The notes under the pieces: generated by a model | What the model was told of the DNA's origin: nothing | Database searches by the model: none | The model's input: only the letters and a program-made list of their open reading frames with translations | Shown: piece by piece, positions 51,226-64,000 of the stretch | Layout: each line of letters opens with the position of its first letter | Position numbering within the stretch: position 1 is the first letter of the stretch | Program-made: the position numbers and the translations under genes | Assembly: GCA_028534125.1 (NCBI GenBank) | Contig: CM052817.1 | Coordinates: 103,542,001 to 103,606,000 of the forward strand | Reading direction: 5' to 3' | Origin: Lama glama | Lineage: Eukaryota | DNA length: 64,000 nucleotides

Positions 51226-53068
51226 TCCTCCCTACAATAGCTTTTCCTCCTGGTCTTGGCTACTCCCTCTCATACTCTCCTGTTTACTTATCTTTGGACA
51301 TTCAATGTGCTCTTTAATGTTGTAAAATATATTTGTTTGTCTCTGCCCACTAGAACATAAGCTCTGTGAAAGTGGGGGTCTTGTCTCTACTCATAGACCG
51401 TTGAGCAGTGCGTGGTACAGAGTAAGACTCAGTAAACACTTGCTGAATAACCAAATGAATGCAAGAGGATCTGCATGTTCTGTATTTACCCTTTCAATCA
51501 GACATGAACACAGAAGCATCCCCACAAGAACTCGAGTGCATTCTGGGTGTGGATACGGAGGATTTAAAGACTTCGTTGTCACTGCAGGAAACTTCTTGAC
51601 TCTTGCTATAACATTGCATGATAATACCTTAATCTGTGTTCATAAACACTTACCTTTGTAAGTCCCCAAAGCTTACCTCCAAATAACAAAATATAATTAA
51701 AAAAATTTTAACTTGTATATGTTCATGAGATAACTAATTTATTTTCAGTAATCATAAGGCAAAAAAAAAAAACCCCAAAACCCCAAAGTTAAAGGACAAA
51801 GAACAAATGGGATATAATTTCTGCAACATTCAATAATAATTTAACATTTCTGAGAGCTTTTACCAGACTGGGAAATGATCTTTTCCAGGGTAAATTCCAT
51901 CTTCCCTGTATATGCTTCTATATTCTGACCACCCAGGCAACAAACCATTTTTATGACTCAACGACTTTAAGTTCAGGGGAAAATGTTTATATGGTCATGT
52001 AGTTGGGAAGTTATTTTTCCTACTTTGTGAAAGCATCTTATTTGCACAGCCTGCAGACAAAGGTAAGCGTGCTCTGTCACTGTCGGCACAGAACAGAGAA
52101 CACAGCCCGGGGCTGACTCATTGTGTTCCGAAGACCTGTCCTGTGGGTCACAACATACCAGACACAGGGAGCCATTCAAACATACTGTGTCCTCCCTTTG
52201 TGTCCAGAGAAGCAGAAAACAAACCACCAACTGACAAAGGTCACCTCTGGATTAATGACTGGTAGGTTTAATTTATGCAAATGTCTCAAGCTTCAACCTA
52301 CGAGCTTTACAAATTAGATTAATAGTGGCCATTTCAGAGATTTTTGTAAGCCCTGAGAAACTAAAACACTGGTTCTGAAGGAATCAATTACGTTGGTTTA
52401 AAAACTGTGTCCAGGTTTTCAGATAACGGATGACAGAAGGGCTGTTGAAAAGACCCTTACATTTTATTTCCACTTCCTCTAAAATCCTAGGGTTTAAACA
52501 CAAGCATGCATTTTAATTCAATTATTATTTTACCATGTGGGCAAAAACTGTCTGTCTTATTCTCCATGGAAACTGCCTACACCAACAGAAAAGTCAAAGC
52601 AATTTACCTTACGACACCCAGCCAGTAACATCTGAGCCTCCGCCTTTTTGACGTTGGAATTTTTGAACCACACCTCTTTCTGCGCCCACCGAAATGTAAT
52701 AAAGCACGATGTATGTAGAAAAAGGTGTGAGGAAGGAGAAAATATGACTCATGATCCTGCCACTTAGAGGCAGTCGCTATTAAAATTTTGGAGCATTCCT
52801 TCCTTTCTTTAAAAATATTTCCCCCTATTCTCCTCATTCTCACATTGCCCCATATTCTAATGAATGTGTCCCTCTCCACATTTGGTGGCTGACCTGTTCC
52901 ATCATTTTGTACTTTGGAGTCACGTCAGGCACGAGAGTGCTAGTTTGGCTAAGTTTTGTCCTGTAATGACTAGCCTTAAAAAAACTGTGCCTGGTGTTTG
53001 GATGGTTTTCTTATTTTAAATGATAGCTCAGAATAATTTTTAAGATAAATATTCTGCTGTGAAATTGC

Positions 53069-53568
53069 NNNNNNNNNNNNNNNNNNNNNNNNNNNNNNNN
53101 NNNNNNNNNNNNNNNNNNNNNNNNNNNNNNNNNNNNNNNNNNNNNNNNNNNNNNNNNNNNNNNNNNNNNNNNNNNNNNNNNNNNNNNNNNNNNNNNNNNN
53201 NNNNNNNNNNNNNNNNNNNNNNNNNNNNNNNNNNNNNNNNNNNNNNNNNNNNNNNNNNNNNNNNNNNNNNNNNNNNNNNNNNNNNNNNNNNNNNNNNNNN
53301 NNNNNNNNNNNNNNNNNNNNNNNNNNNNNNNNNNNNNNNNNNNNNNNNNNNNNNNNNNNNNNNNNNNNNNNNNNNNNNNNNNNNNNNNNNNNNNNNNNNN
53401 NNNNNNNNNNNNNNNNNNNNNNNNNNNNNNNNNNNNNNNNNNNNNNNNNNNNNNNNNNNNNNNNNNNNNNNNNNNNNNNNNNNNNNNNNNNNNNNNNNNN
53501 NNNNNNNNNNNNNNNNNNNNNNNNNNNNNNNNNNNNNNNNNNNNNNNNNNNNNNNNNNNNNNNNNNNN
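53069..53568. other. Assembly gap (500 N), followed by an L1 3' fragment at about 53569-53770
   Basis: Exactly 500 N. Confidence 0.99.
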
Positions 53569-55277
53569 ATTTTATTTTTTCTTTTTCTAAATATATTTTT
53601 ATTGAAGGATAGTCAGTTTACAATGTGTCAGTTTCTGGTGTACAGCAAAATACATCAGTCATATAGGAACATACATATATTTATTTTCATATTCTTTTTC
53701 ACCATAGGTTACTACAAGATATTGAATATAGTTCCCTGTGCTGTACAGTATAAACTTGTTTTTTATCAAATATTTTCATACTGATGGCCTTATTATTTTT
53801 TCAGTGTTTCAATGAGTTGTACTTAAACATACAGATCTATAACTTTTCTTTTAAAAGGCTCTTTCAGTAAGTATTGAGTAAAGCATTTTGAAATAGATGT
53901 GGCTATTGTCACAAAATTATCAATGGACATTAAAAAATAACACAACAAATTAACTCTGTAACTCTCTTATTAAGACTGCCTGCAGTATTTTGGCATCAGG
54001 TACTTTGAAGAAGATCATATTTTAAAGACATTAGCATTTCATGATTTAAAATAATCCAAACAAATTTAGCCATCTGTCTACAGTTTTATTTCCAAACGTT
54101 TCCATTCGATCAAATGGGCCATAACTGTCAGTCTAGCTGTACCTAGTTACCCAGTGGCAGGGATCAAACTAGAGAGTGGAAACAAACCGCCTTTGCAGGC
54201 AATAAGTCCTTCTCATGCTCTCTGCCTTCAAATCATCCTCATCAAGGAAGACTTGCCCATAAATACTTTTCAAAAAGCAGCACTTTCCCGCTTTGGCATG
54301 TGGAGAGTAACATATGTTATGATTTCCCCCGAGAGATCAATGCCTGTACCTTTCTCTTCATTCTTAGTGTGTTACCTATTTTTGACCCTTGCTACTAAGT
54401 CAAGAAACATTAGGACATTGTAAGTTGCAGTAAGAAGGCAGATGCTCATTTTCCAATGGAAATCGAGTCAGGGGAGAGCACTAAAGAGTCTTCACCTCCT
54501 CCAGACCATCTCGGGCAGCGGACCCAGCTGGTTACCACACTTACCCAACTGCTGGCTGTCCATGCATGCAGTGTGGAAAGTGCTTTACTGATGTCCTTTA
54601 TGCTGGCATTTTGTTTGCGTGGCAGGAAACATCATCTGCATATTTCACATGGGAATGGAATTTGCCTTTACAAAAGAATGTGGATAACATCTCCTCATGC
54701 ATTTATGCATTTCTTTCTCTTCTATCCCACCCCCCATTTATTTTAATTTTTAGATACACCAATTTATTTCAATAAAGATGGTGTAATAGAGTAGTTAAGA
54801 GCACTATACTTTGGCTTCAGAAAGATTGGGTGGAAAACTTATCTCTACCACATGTTGGCTGTGTGTGCTTAAGTTTCTTCACAGTGAGTTGGATGAAGTC
54901 TAACAGGAAAGAAGTGAGGCATAAATGAGAATGCAGGTCAAGCACTCAGGGCAGGGCCTGGTGAGTGAAATGCTAGCTTTTACTGTTAATTGCATTTTGA
55001 ATTATATTCAACAGTGACTGGTGAATGGCATGGCCACGTGAGTGGCACCTGCAGGACATACCATCCCTTTGTTCCTGATGATGTGACACATGAACTGCCC
55101 TGCTGCTGCCTGTGTCACCTGTCCTGGTATGGGGTGTGTGAGGAAGAACAAAAGATTTGACAATAAGAGGAATGGACAAAAACAGGCATCTTTGTTTGGT
55201 GGCAGAATTTAGGTGGACATGGCCTCCTTCATCAAACTTTTCATGTTTCCTGGGATCTTTAATCATCTTACTATTTT

Positions 55278-55680
55278 GAAGTCAGACAAAGACAAATATC
55301 ATATAATATCACCTATATATGGAATTAAAAAAAATGATAGACATTCTATTTACAAACCAAAAACAGAGTCACAGACATAGAAAACAAACTATGGTTACCA
55401 AAGGGGAAAGGGCAGGGAGGGATAAATTAGGGGTTGGGGATTAACAGATACACACTACTATACATAAAAGAGATAAACAACAAGGACCCACAGTATAGCA
55501 TAGGGAACTATATTCCAATTTCTTGTTATAACATATAATGGAAAAGAATCTGAAAAGAAAATATATATATATATGTATGTGCATATATAACTGAATCACT
55601 TTGCTGTACACCTGAAAGTAACATTGTAAATCAACCACACGTTAATAAATTTTTTTTAAATAAAAATAAATTTAAAAAGA
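55278..55680 (+). mobile_element. LINE-1 3'UTR fragment
   Basis: Matches the 3' part of the L1 at 10767-11529 (atggttaccaaagggg...aactgaatcactttgctgtaca) with an A-rich tail. Confidence 0.9.
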
Positions 55681-57529
55681 ACAACCTTTAACAAAAATCT
55701 TACTACTTTGACCACAAGTATCTAATGATTCTTTTTCCAGAGCTCGGCCTCAGTCCCCACCAGAGATGCTATGTCCTGGCACACAGTCATCTCTCTTTGA
55801 GACTCAGCAGCATGACTTCCATTTCCTTGGTCCTCTGCTACCCGGATCCCCAGGTTCTCTTGCCCGTTCCCACGGCAACAGATGTGGATGTCTGCCTTCT
55901 CATTGGGCAGAGATTTGACTTAACCACAACAGGTAGGGGCTCGGTTCCTACATTTCCATCAGCCCAGGCCTTTCAGCTTGCCCTTCCTGGGGGTGGATGG
56001 TGCCTGGGGTTGAAATGCCCAGAGCCTTGCCCCTTAGGCGGAGTGAGAACTAAAGTGAACCTAACCTACAGGGCATGGCGGCGCAGGCACCCGATTAACA
56101 GTGCTAGTCTCAATGCTGTCACATACCCCCTGAGCCCTAGCATCATCTTCCTGTGTGACCTTGAGGAAGTCATGAAGTTGCTTCAAGCTCCACTTTCATT
56201 ACCTGTTAAGTGAGTTTATTGCTTATCCATATCCCCGTGAAGGATCATTGTGAAATCTCAAGAAGGGAGAAGGTGGATTAACAGAACTCGGCTGCATGTC
56301 TATTACACATCACGTAGTAAGACAGTTTACACCGAGGGATCCCATAAACTGAAAATAATCATAATGTTAGCTAGTTACTTTTGTTACTTTGATTATTTGT
56401 GCTTTTTAAAAAAAAGACTCAGTAAGATGTGGAGAAGTAGTATCTGCATGCTGGCATAGAATGTGAACTTTAAATGCCAGGAAAGAGTGTGGTTGAGTAC
56501 GGGAGGAAACCCACTACATCTCCCGCTGTATTTTGTCGGCTGGGCTGGCTGGAACGCGCTCGTGTGGGTTCCTGGTTGAATGCAAGGTAATTGTGGACGC
56601 CTGCTTCCCTCTCTGCTGATACAGCCAAAGTTCCTGGTTCCAAGGAGTTGCAGATGACATAAATTCCAGCGCACAAAAAACCCACACTTTTCATAATGGG
56701 TTTCAGACCTGTTACTGGTAATAATTTAAAGTTGTTTGAATTCATGGCTAAAGGGAGATGCTTCTGTTTTTCATTAAATGTCACTGGGGCAGGTGCTGAG
56801 TTCTGCAGTCTGTAAGGACTGCCAGCCTCTCTGCTAAGTCATATTTAAAAGTGAAATATTTGAATTCCTCCCAAACTTCAAGAGTCACATTAGTGAGAGA
56901 GTTCAAATAAGCACACATTTTATAACCTCTGTTTTGCATCATTTGGTTTAGATTTCAATGACAAACTCTTTCTCTTCTGGTGGAATATGGAGTGGCATAA
57001 ATGGTTGGAAAACAACACGAGTTTGTCTTTATTACATTTGTGGTTGCAGAAAAATCTCTGGGAACACCAGCCTCCTCCTTTTCCTTCTCCTTTTTTTAAA
57101 ACTGCAGCAAGAGGTGTTGCAAAAGTAGGGCTTCTCTGCTGGGGAGTGTCTGAAGCAGACACCTTTGTGCCTGGGAGATGGCAGGTAATCAGAAGACAAG
57201 TGACTGGCACGTCCGGCCGATTCATGGAGGGTTGAACTAAGTATTTCAAGCTGTCATTCGGTCTGTTGACTCACGTTTATATGAGGCTAACCACTCCCAC
57301 CGCCGCCTTTTAGGCTCTGTTCCCAGGTGTCTTTTGTTGAGCTGTGGGGCTTATTTGAATTACTTTATGAGGAATATTTTGAAAAGAGGGAGAATAGGAT
57401 GATCAAGGGTGACTTGGACTTCTAACGACCTGGGGACAATTCTCTGTTCTGTCCTTCACTGCAGCTATGGTACAAAAAAGTAAAATCTTGTGGGTTTTTT
57501 TTTTTTTTACTTGTGATTCTACAGTTTCT

Positions 57530-58166
57530 TTTCTTTTTTTTTAATTTATTTATTTTTATTTCTTATTTTTTTTTAGTGGGGAGGTAATTAGGTTACTTAC
57601 TTATTTATTTAATGGAGGTGCTATCGAAGGCAAGTTCGTGTGCTGGCCACACCATGAGGCCAAACTGAAACACTGAAGCTTGGAGCAGAGGAAGGTTGAC
57701 TGCAGGGCTGAGCAAAGAGGACAGGGTGACTTATGCCCAAGAAAACCCCAAACTCTCCGAAGGTTTTCAGCAAAGTATATTTAAAGTCCCAGTGAGGGAG
57801 GGGGTCACAAGGTGCCTGATCAGCTCAAGGACAATCCTCTGATTAGCTGATGTCGAGGTAACAGGGCAGTCAACACTATCAACTGATAGGCACCAGAAGG
57901 TCTGGGGACCACGTGTCCTTGATCATCAGGTAGTTAATTTCTTCCCTTTGGTGGTAGTTTAAGCATCTGGAAAACTCAGGAAATATACATGAGATACTAT
58001 GATCTGGGTGCTTCAGAGAGGAGCTACAGCAGAGAATATGGAGTGGGAGTGGTCTGACCCTGCAAAGCCTCACCTGGTCCCGCTTGGTTACAGAGGTGCT
58101 GGGGATTGAACCTAGGACTTCATGCATGCTAAGCACACACTCTGCCATTGAGCTATACCCTCCCCC
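57530..58166 (-). mobile_element. Vic-1-type SINE split by a solo family-B LTR (57619-58092)
   Basis: SINE sequence aatg-GAGG-[TG...CA, 474 bp]-GAGG-tgctggggattgaacc. Confidence 0.9.
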
Positions 58167-59719
58167 TGATTCCTAAAGTTTCTTATGGACTTGTTAGAAA
58201 TTTTACAGGAATGAATAACTCAGTCACTGACAGATCTTTGATTATGAAGACTAATTTATTTATTTATTTGTTTTTAGAGTTTTAATGATGCAACTAAAAA
58301 CGTCTCTAAACTAGGTGTACACGGTATTTGAAGCAATGGTGATGTTGGACATACAGGAGAAATTCTCAATGCTTAGGAGATACTTGCTAATGCATCTAGA
58401 TGTGGTGTAGCATGCTGTTGGCAACACTTTTCAAAACGTTTTAGCAAAAATATATTATATAGTGATAGATAAAGGAACTGTGGCAAATTGTTAAGATATC
58501 ATGGAACTGAATTTTTCGGTAAATGTGTTCCATATATTGTTCATTCAACATTTCTGTGTGTTTGTAGATTTTCATAATCAAAAGTTGAAAAAACCCTTGT
58601 TTTGATATTCACAAAATGCTAAGACTCAACTGACAAACTTGGGAAATATTTGCTAACTATATGCCATATATAGGATTATTCTCCTTAAAGTAGAAATCAC
58701 TTATGAATCAATGAGAGCAAAGATGAACACTCCAATAAAAAACAGGCAAAGGAAATAAAGCTATATAAAATTGTCAATTTACATAGTTGCATATTGATCT
58801 CACTGTCAACAGAAGTATAATTTAAAGCAGATAAAAAGAATTATAATAACTATCAGGCGGTTGCTCTGAGTCATGCATCATTCAGCATTTTCCATCTCTT
58901 TTTACATTTAACTCTAGCAAAAATTCTATGATGTGGAAACTATCATTATTTCTGTTTTTACAGAAGAGGAAATTGAACCCAGAGAAGTTAAATTCCGTGC
59001 CCAAGACTACAGTGGGAAAGCATTAGTAAATATTAGATTAGGATTCATGCTAAGACCATCCTGTCTAGAGCCTGCTGTCTCGGTAACGTGCTGTACATCT
59101 GATGCCCAGGAGGGTGGGCATTCACAGCTGATGTGTTCACAGAAACCACATTCACCCCCTTTCTGGGGGGCAATTTGACAATACGTATGGCTCAAATGCC
59201 TTAAAAAGGTGCATAGCATTTGACTCAGTGATTCTAGTTCTAGGATTTCTTCTAAGGAAATAGGACAAGTGTGCGATGATGTTTATACAAAGATATTAAT
59301 CCAGTCCTGGGTATGTATTAAAAAAATCAAAACTAAAGGCCCAATATGTAGAGGACTGGTTAAATGAATTATGGCTCAGCAATCCAATGGTATGTTAGGC
59401 AGCTATTAACAGGTCTATATTTATTTTAAAAATATTTATAAAACATTGCAAATTGAGAAACAAACTGGTTACTGTACAGTTTAATCCCGTGCTGTTGAAC
59501 AAAAGAAGTATATCTAAGGCATAGAAAATGTATGTATCTGGAAGAATATATACCAACATTTTAACAACACTTGATTTTGTAGTGGTAAGAATACAGATTT
59601 TCCTCCTTGTTTTTATATGTACTTAAGGACTTTTCCCACAAAAAACATTTTTTGTTATGCAATAAAAATAATTTTAATGCTGCATATGCAGTAAAATGTA
59701 GTGAATATTTGTCATGATG

Positions 59720-60230
59720 AATTTAAAACTTTTCTTGTAAGAAAACTTTGCATGAGATGTACCCTCAACAGACTTTTTAAGTGTACAGTACATCATCATT
59801 AACTCTGGGCATTAAGTTGAGTATCAGATCGCTAGAGTTTATTCACCTTGCATAACTGAAACTTTGTACTGGTGGAGTAGCAGCTCCCTGCAGTCCCCTC
59901 GCCCCGGCACTTGTCAACCACAATTCCAGGCTTTGCTCCCATGAGCAGACTCTGTGACTATTTTAGATCCCTCATATAAGCTGAATCATGCAGTAATTGT
60001 CCTTCAGTGACTGACTCGTTTCACTTAGCGTGATATCTGCAAAGTTCATCCATGTTGTCACAAATGGCAGAAATTTCCTTCTTTTTTTAAGGCTGAAAAT
60101 ATTTTATTGTGGATGTATACCATCTTTATTTATTCACCATCTGTGGACATTTAGGTCAATTCCACATCTTGGCTAGTATGAATATTGCTGCAATGGACAT
60201 GGGTGGGCAACTATCTCTTCATGATGAATT
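59720..60230 (-). mobile_element. Old LINE-1 (L1MA/MB-like) 3' fragment
   Basis: ttagatccctcatataagctgaatcatgcagta...ttcacttagc...gttcatccatgttgtcacaaatggcag. Confidence 0.8.
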
Positions 60231-60679
60231 TTTTTAAGGAAAGCATCTCAAATGATTATTTTGGAGACTAAAGACTGTGTGGTCCACAAGTTATGACTTC
60301 CTGCAGTGTGAGTGATCATATTTGATGTTGCATTCTCTCCTCAAGCCGGCTAGTCCTGGCTGTCTTCTCACTCACGAAGCAGAAATACTAACTGAAAAAG
60401 TCATGACCAGCAAGGCGTGCTGCAGCTCTGCACCCACTGATGGGTCTGCGTTCTCTCCCTGCACTTTGCTTCCTCTCTTCAGTTTTTCTCCTCTTGCTTT
60501 TCTCTTAAGGGTATAAACATGCTCAAGTCTCTTTCACTCTTAACGTAAAGCAAGAATCTTCTCTGGATTCTGTTGTCTCCTTAGAGGAATCTTTCTGTCA
60601 CCTTCTTTTCTTGAGATAAGTCAGTCAACCCTTACTGACTTCAGGTATTCCTCTTTATTTACTCCTCAATCTGCTCAGA

Positions 60680-60779
60680 NNNNNNNNNNNNNNNNNNNNN
60701 NNNNNNNNNNNNNNNNNNNNNNNNNNNNNNNNNNNNNNNNNNNNNNNNNNNNNNNNNNNNNNNNNNNNNNNNNNNNNNN

Positions 60780-60817
<38 letters not shown>

Positions 60818-60900
60818 TTAATGGAGGTACACTGGAGATCAAACCAATGGCCTCATGCATGCTAAGCATGTGCTCTACCATTGAGCTATACCCTCCCCCT
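60680..60900. other. 100-N gap (60680-60779) followed by (TTA)n and a minus-strand Vic-1-type SINE
   Basis: Direct reading; SINE head ...tgagctataccctcccc ends near 60899. Confidence 0.9.
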
Positions 60901-60949
60901 TAAATTCTTTTTTATTATCCCCTCCATTTCAGTTTCCTTTGTGGCCATC

Positions 60950-61950
60950 TGTGTTGGGCTGAATAAGCCCCCCCCCCCGATATATCCACGTCCTAATCTC
61001 CAGAACCTGTGAATGTTACCCTTATATGAAGAAGAGAGTTTGTAGATGTGATTAAGTGAAGGGTCTTAAGAGATGGGGGATTATCCTGGATTAACTCCCA
61101 GGCCAGTTGTAACCCCAATGGTCCTCTTCAGTGGGATACATCAGCAGTCAGAAGGCAGTGTGATTGTGATCGAAAAGAACCAATCTGACTCCATGTTAGA
61201 TCTGTTCCTTTGGCTTTAATCCTGTGCCCTGTTTTCTAGGCTTTGTCTTGCTGGCTCTGCACCTTTTGTAAAAGAATGTTGCCTTTAGCCTGAAATATAC
61301 AGGAGAGCCTTTTCTCAGGGCTCTGACCTTTAAGGATATTAATAATTTTGCACTTATATAAAGATAACAAGTTGCAGAATAGAAAATAACATTTGTTTTG
61401 TTGGAGGTTTTACAGGGGCACCATGACCTGATCCATATGGACAGCTGCAAGAACAAAGGATTCCAAGAACAAATAATTCCTACACCAAGAAGTTTGCAAC
61501 AACCAACCACACCCCCTCCCCTTTTTTGTATAAAAGGAGCCTGAATTCTGACGTGAGGAAGATGGTTCTCCAGGACATGAGTCTGCCATCTTCTCAGTCT
61601 TCTGACTTTCCAAATAAAGTCACTATTCCCTACCCCAACACCTCATCTCCCATTTGTTGGCCTGTCATGTAGTGAGCAGGATGAGTTTGGACTCGATGAC
61701 ACAAGCAGAGAGTGGAGTGATTGAGGAAGTGGCTGATAGCTAAGGGGCACAAGAAGCTAAAGAGGCAAAGGAACAAGGCAAAGGTCCCTTCAGAACCTCC
61801 AGAGGAAACTAGCCCTGTCGTCATCTGGACTTCAGCCCAGTGAAACTGCTTTAGGACTTCTGACCTGCAGAACTATAAGGAATAAATGTGTATTTTAAGC
61901 CACTAAGTTTCTGCTAATTTATTACAGCACTAATAGGAAACTAGTATACT
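60950..61950 (+). mobile_element. MLT1 LTR interrupted by a family-A solo LTR (61165-61701)
   Basis: MLT1 5' part (tccacgtcctaatctccagaacctgtgaatgttacc) and 3' part (ggacttctgacctgcagaact...ataggaaacta) flank an LTR with tataaaa near 61529 and AATAAA at 61613-61618. Confidence 0.85.
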
Positions 61951-62334
61951 GTGTCTTTATTGATTCTTTCCTAAGTGCCAGAGGAACTCATGGCCCTGTA
62001 TTCTCCTTACTATAGAGTAAGTACATGTTCTATATGTTTTCACTTGGCAATTTTACCTTCTATCCAAGTTTCAACCATGACCCACGATTCCCAGGACCAG
62101 CTGTCTCAATCTACATTCAAGTCTTGTACTATATCATCACTTGGTGTCTTGCAGGCAACTAAAACTCATTAACCTGTGTTCTGTGTGAAGGAGGACTTTC
62201 CAGGAAGTTAAAGAAGTTTAAGGTTCACGTTTCTTCACTTGTACGAGTCTCTTCTAAGACCATGGGAGGACTCTAGAAATTTGTATTTGTAATTTTATAT
62301 AATTTTTCTTAATAAAGTTGCCTGTGGTCATAAA

Positions 62335-62700
62335 GTCAGTATCTTAGTGCTTGCAGCTGCTGTAACAAAAATTCCACAGGCTGTGTGGCTTAAACAACGA
62401 TCATTTATTTCTCATAGTTCTGGAGGCTGAGAAATCCAAGATCCCTGCTCTGGCAGATTCTGTGTCTGGTGAGGACTCAGTTCCTGCTTCATAGACAGTT
62501 ATCTTCTCACTGTGTCCTCATGGGGTGGAAGGGAGGTGGGAGCTCTCTGTGGTCTCTTTTATAAGGGCATGAATCTCATTCATGAGGGTTCCACCTTCCT
62601 GGGCTAATCACCTCCCAAAAGCCCCAGTTCCAAATACCATTGCATTGGGGATTGGGTTTCAACATATGAATTCTGGGGGACACATGCATTTGGTCTATAA
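62335..62700 (-). mobile_element. MaLR MLT1 LTR
   Basis: ggcttaaacaac...atttatttctcatagttctggaggctgagaaatccaagatc...tttcaacatatgaattctggggggaca. Confidence 0.85.
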
Positions 62701-63560
62701 TGGGCAGTAAGTTACATTTTCCTTCATAGTTCCATGAGTGAATCCAGCATTTGTGTAACCCCAAGTTTGTACAATTAACCATGTCTATGAAGCACTTAAC
62801 CTCACACGCAGCAGGTGGTCACCCAGTTGTAACAGTGTTGTCCTCAGATGCTTTACCTTGGTTAATGACATCACAGTCCTGCCCTACAACAGCCAGACAC
62901 CTCAGAGTACCCATATCCAAGCCAGGAAATCCTATTGGTTTTGACTTTCTAATTAAGGCTTTGCCTTAATTCTGCCCCACAGTGTCTAATCACCACAATC
63001 TCTGCCTTTATTCATGTCTTCATTGTCTATTTCTTGATTTATTATGATAGCTTCCTAATTTGCTTCTGTGCTAAACTTACTCCAGGGCAATCTCTTTGCT
63101 GCTGATGAATGTATTTTCCTAAAGCCAAAATATAGTCACATCTCTATAGCTTAGTGCTTTTGAGATGTGGGTTTAATGTAGGGAGCTCCTACACAGTAGG
63201 GAGCCAACAAGTGTAACAGTCACTGACCATTAGTGTTCCTGTGCCACGTGTTGTGTTTCATACAGAATGTAGTTTCTCAGTTTTAATTATTCCTTCAGAA
63301 AAGCTTTTCCTGATGCCACCAAGCAATACAGTCATGTCACTGATGTTGTATACTTTATAATTCATATCTCAATCAACAATTATCTTGAATTTTTTTTTGT
63401 TAGTTCACTTATTTATTATCTGTCTCCCCTGCTATCCAGGTTTCAACCATGACCCATGGAATGAAGCTCCGTGTGGAGAGGGACTTTGTTTTTTTAACTT
63501 TTGTTCATTGATGTGTCTCCATTGCTTATTACTGCACCTGGCAAAAAAGCAGAATCTCAC

Positions 63561-63936
63561 TGCTATGGGCTGAATGTCTGCCCCCACCCCCACCCCACCC
63601 CGAATTCATACGTTGATTCCCTAATCCTCAGTGTGACAGCATTAGGAATTGGGGCCTTTGGGAGGTAACTAGGTCATGAGGGTGGAGTCCCTGTGAATAG
63701 GACTAGGGCCCTTCTAAGGAGAGGCACAAGAGATGATCTCTTGCTCCGTCTGACATGTGGAGATACAGCAAGAAGGCAGCCATCTACAAACCAGAATGCG
63801 GGTCCTCACCAGACCCCAACCATGCTGACACCTTGACCTTGGCGTTTCAGTCTCCAGAACTGTGAGAAATAAATACTTGTTCTTTAAGTCACTCAGTCTT
63901 TGGCATTTTTTGTTACAGCAGCCTGAGCTAAGACAC
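63561..63936 (+). mobile_element. MaLR MLT1 LTR
   Basis: tgctatgggctgaatgt...ggggcctttgggaggt...ctccagaactgtgagaaataaa...tgttacagcagcctgagctaagaca. Confidence 0.85.
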
Positions 63937-64000
63937 TCACTGCATATTTGTTGAGGGAAAGAGCTGAGCTAGGATATTAACAACAAACAAATCCATAACC

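Overview
Mammalian genomic DNA, almost certainly camelid (many tRNA-Ala-derived Vic-1-type SINEs), from the APELA / TRIM60-TRIM61-TRIM75 neighbourhood. All recognisable genes are on the minus strand. (1) APELA (Elabela/Toddler, the second apelin-receptor ligand) is missing from the ORF track because its 54-aa CDS is split over two small exons: 40440-40515 and 38993-39081. They encode MRLQQFFFLFLIFMMSPLLIHGQRSANLAMRRKLPRYNCLQRRCIPLHSRVPFP, followed by a non-coding last exon starting at 22535. (2) An intact single-exon-CDS RING/B-box/coiled-coil/PRY-SPRY gene (8192-9613, 473 aa) most resembles TRIM61, with a CpG-island promoter near 14.5-15.0 kb. (3) A second TRIM60/75-family gene has its PRY-SPRY part at 3157-3717 and runs into a 500-N gap. 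(4) A processed RPL32 pseudogene lies in APELA intron 2. The rest is L1, SINE, MaLR/ERV LTR and DNA-transposon debris, with three assembly gaps. I found no evidence of a wholly new biological system. The main hidden element is a known micropeptide-hormone gene. The novel-looking points are lineage-level: a full-length TRIM61, peptide substitutions, nested insertions and candidate regulatory elements. Comparisons with human/mouse sequences are from memory and need alignment checks.
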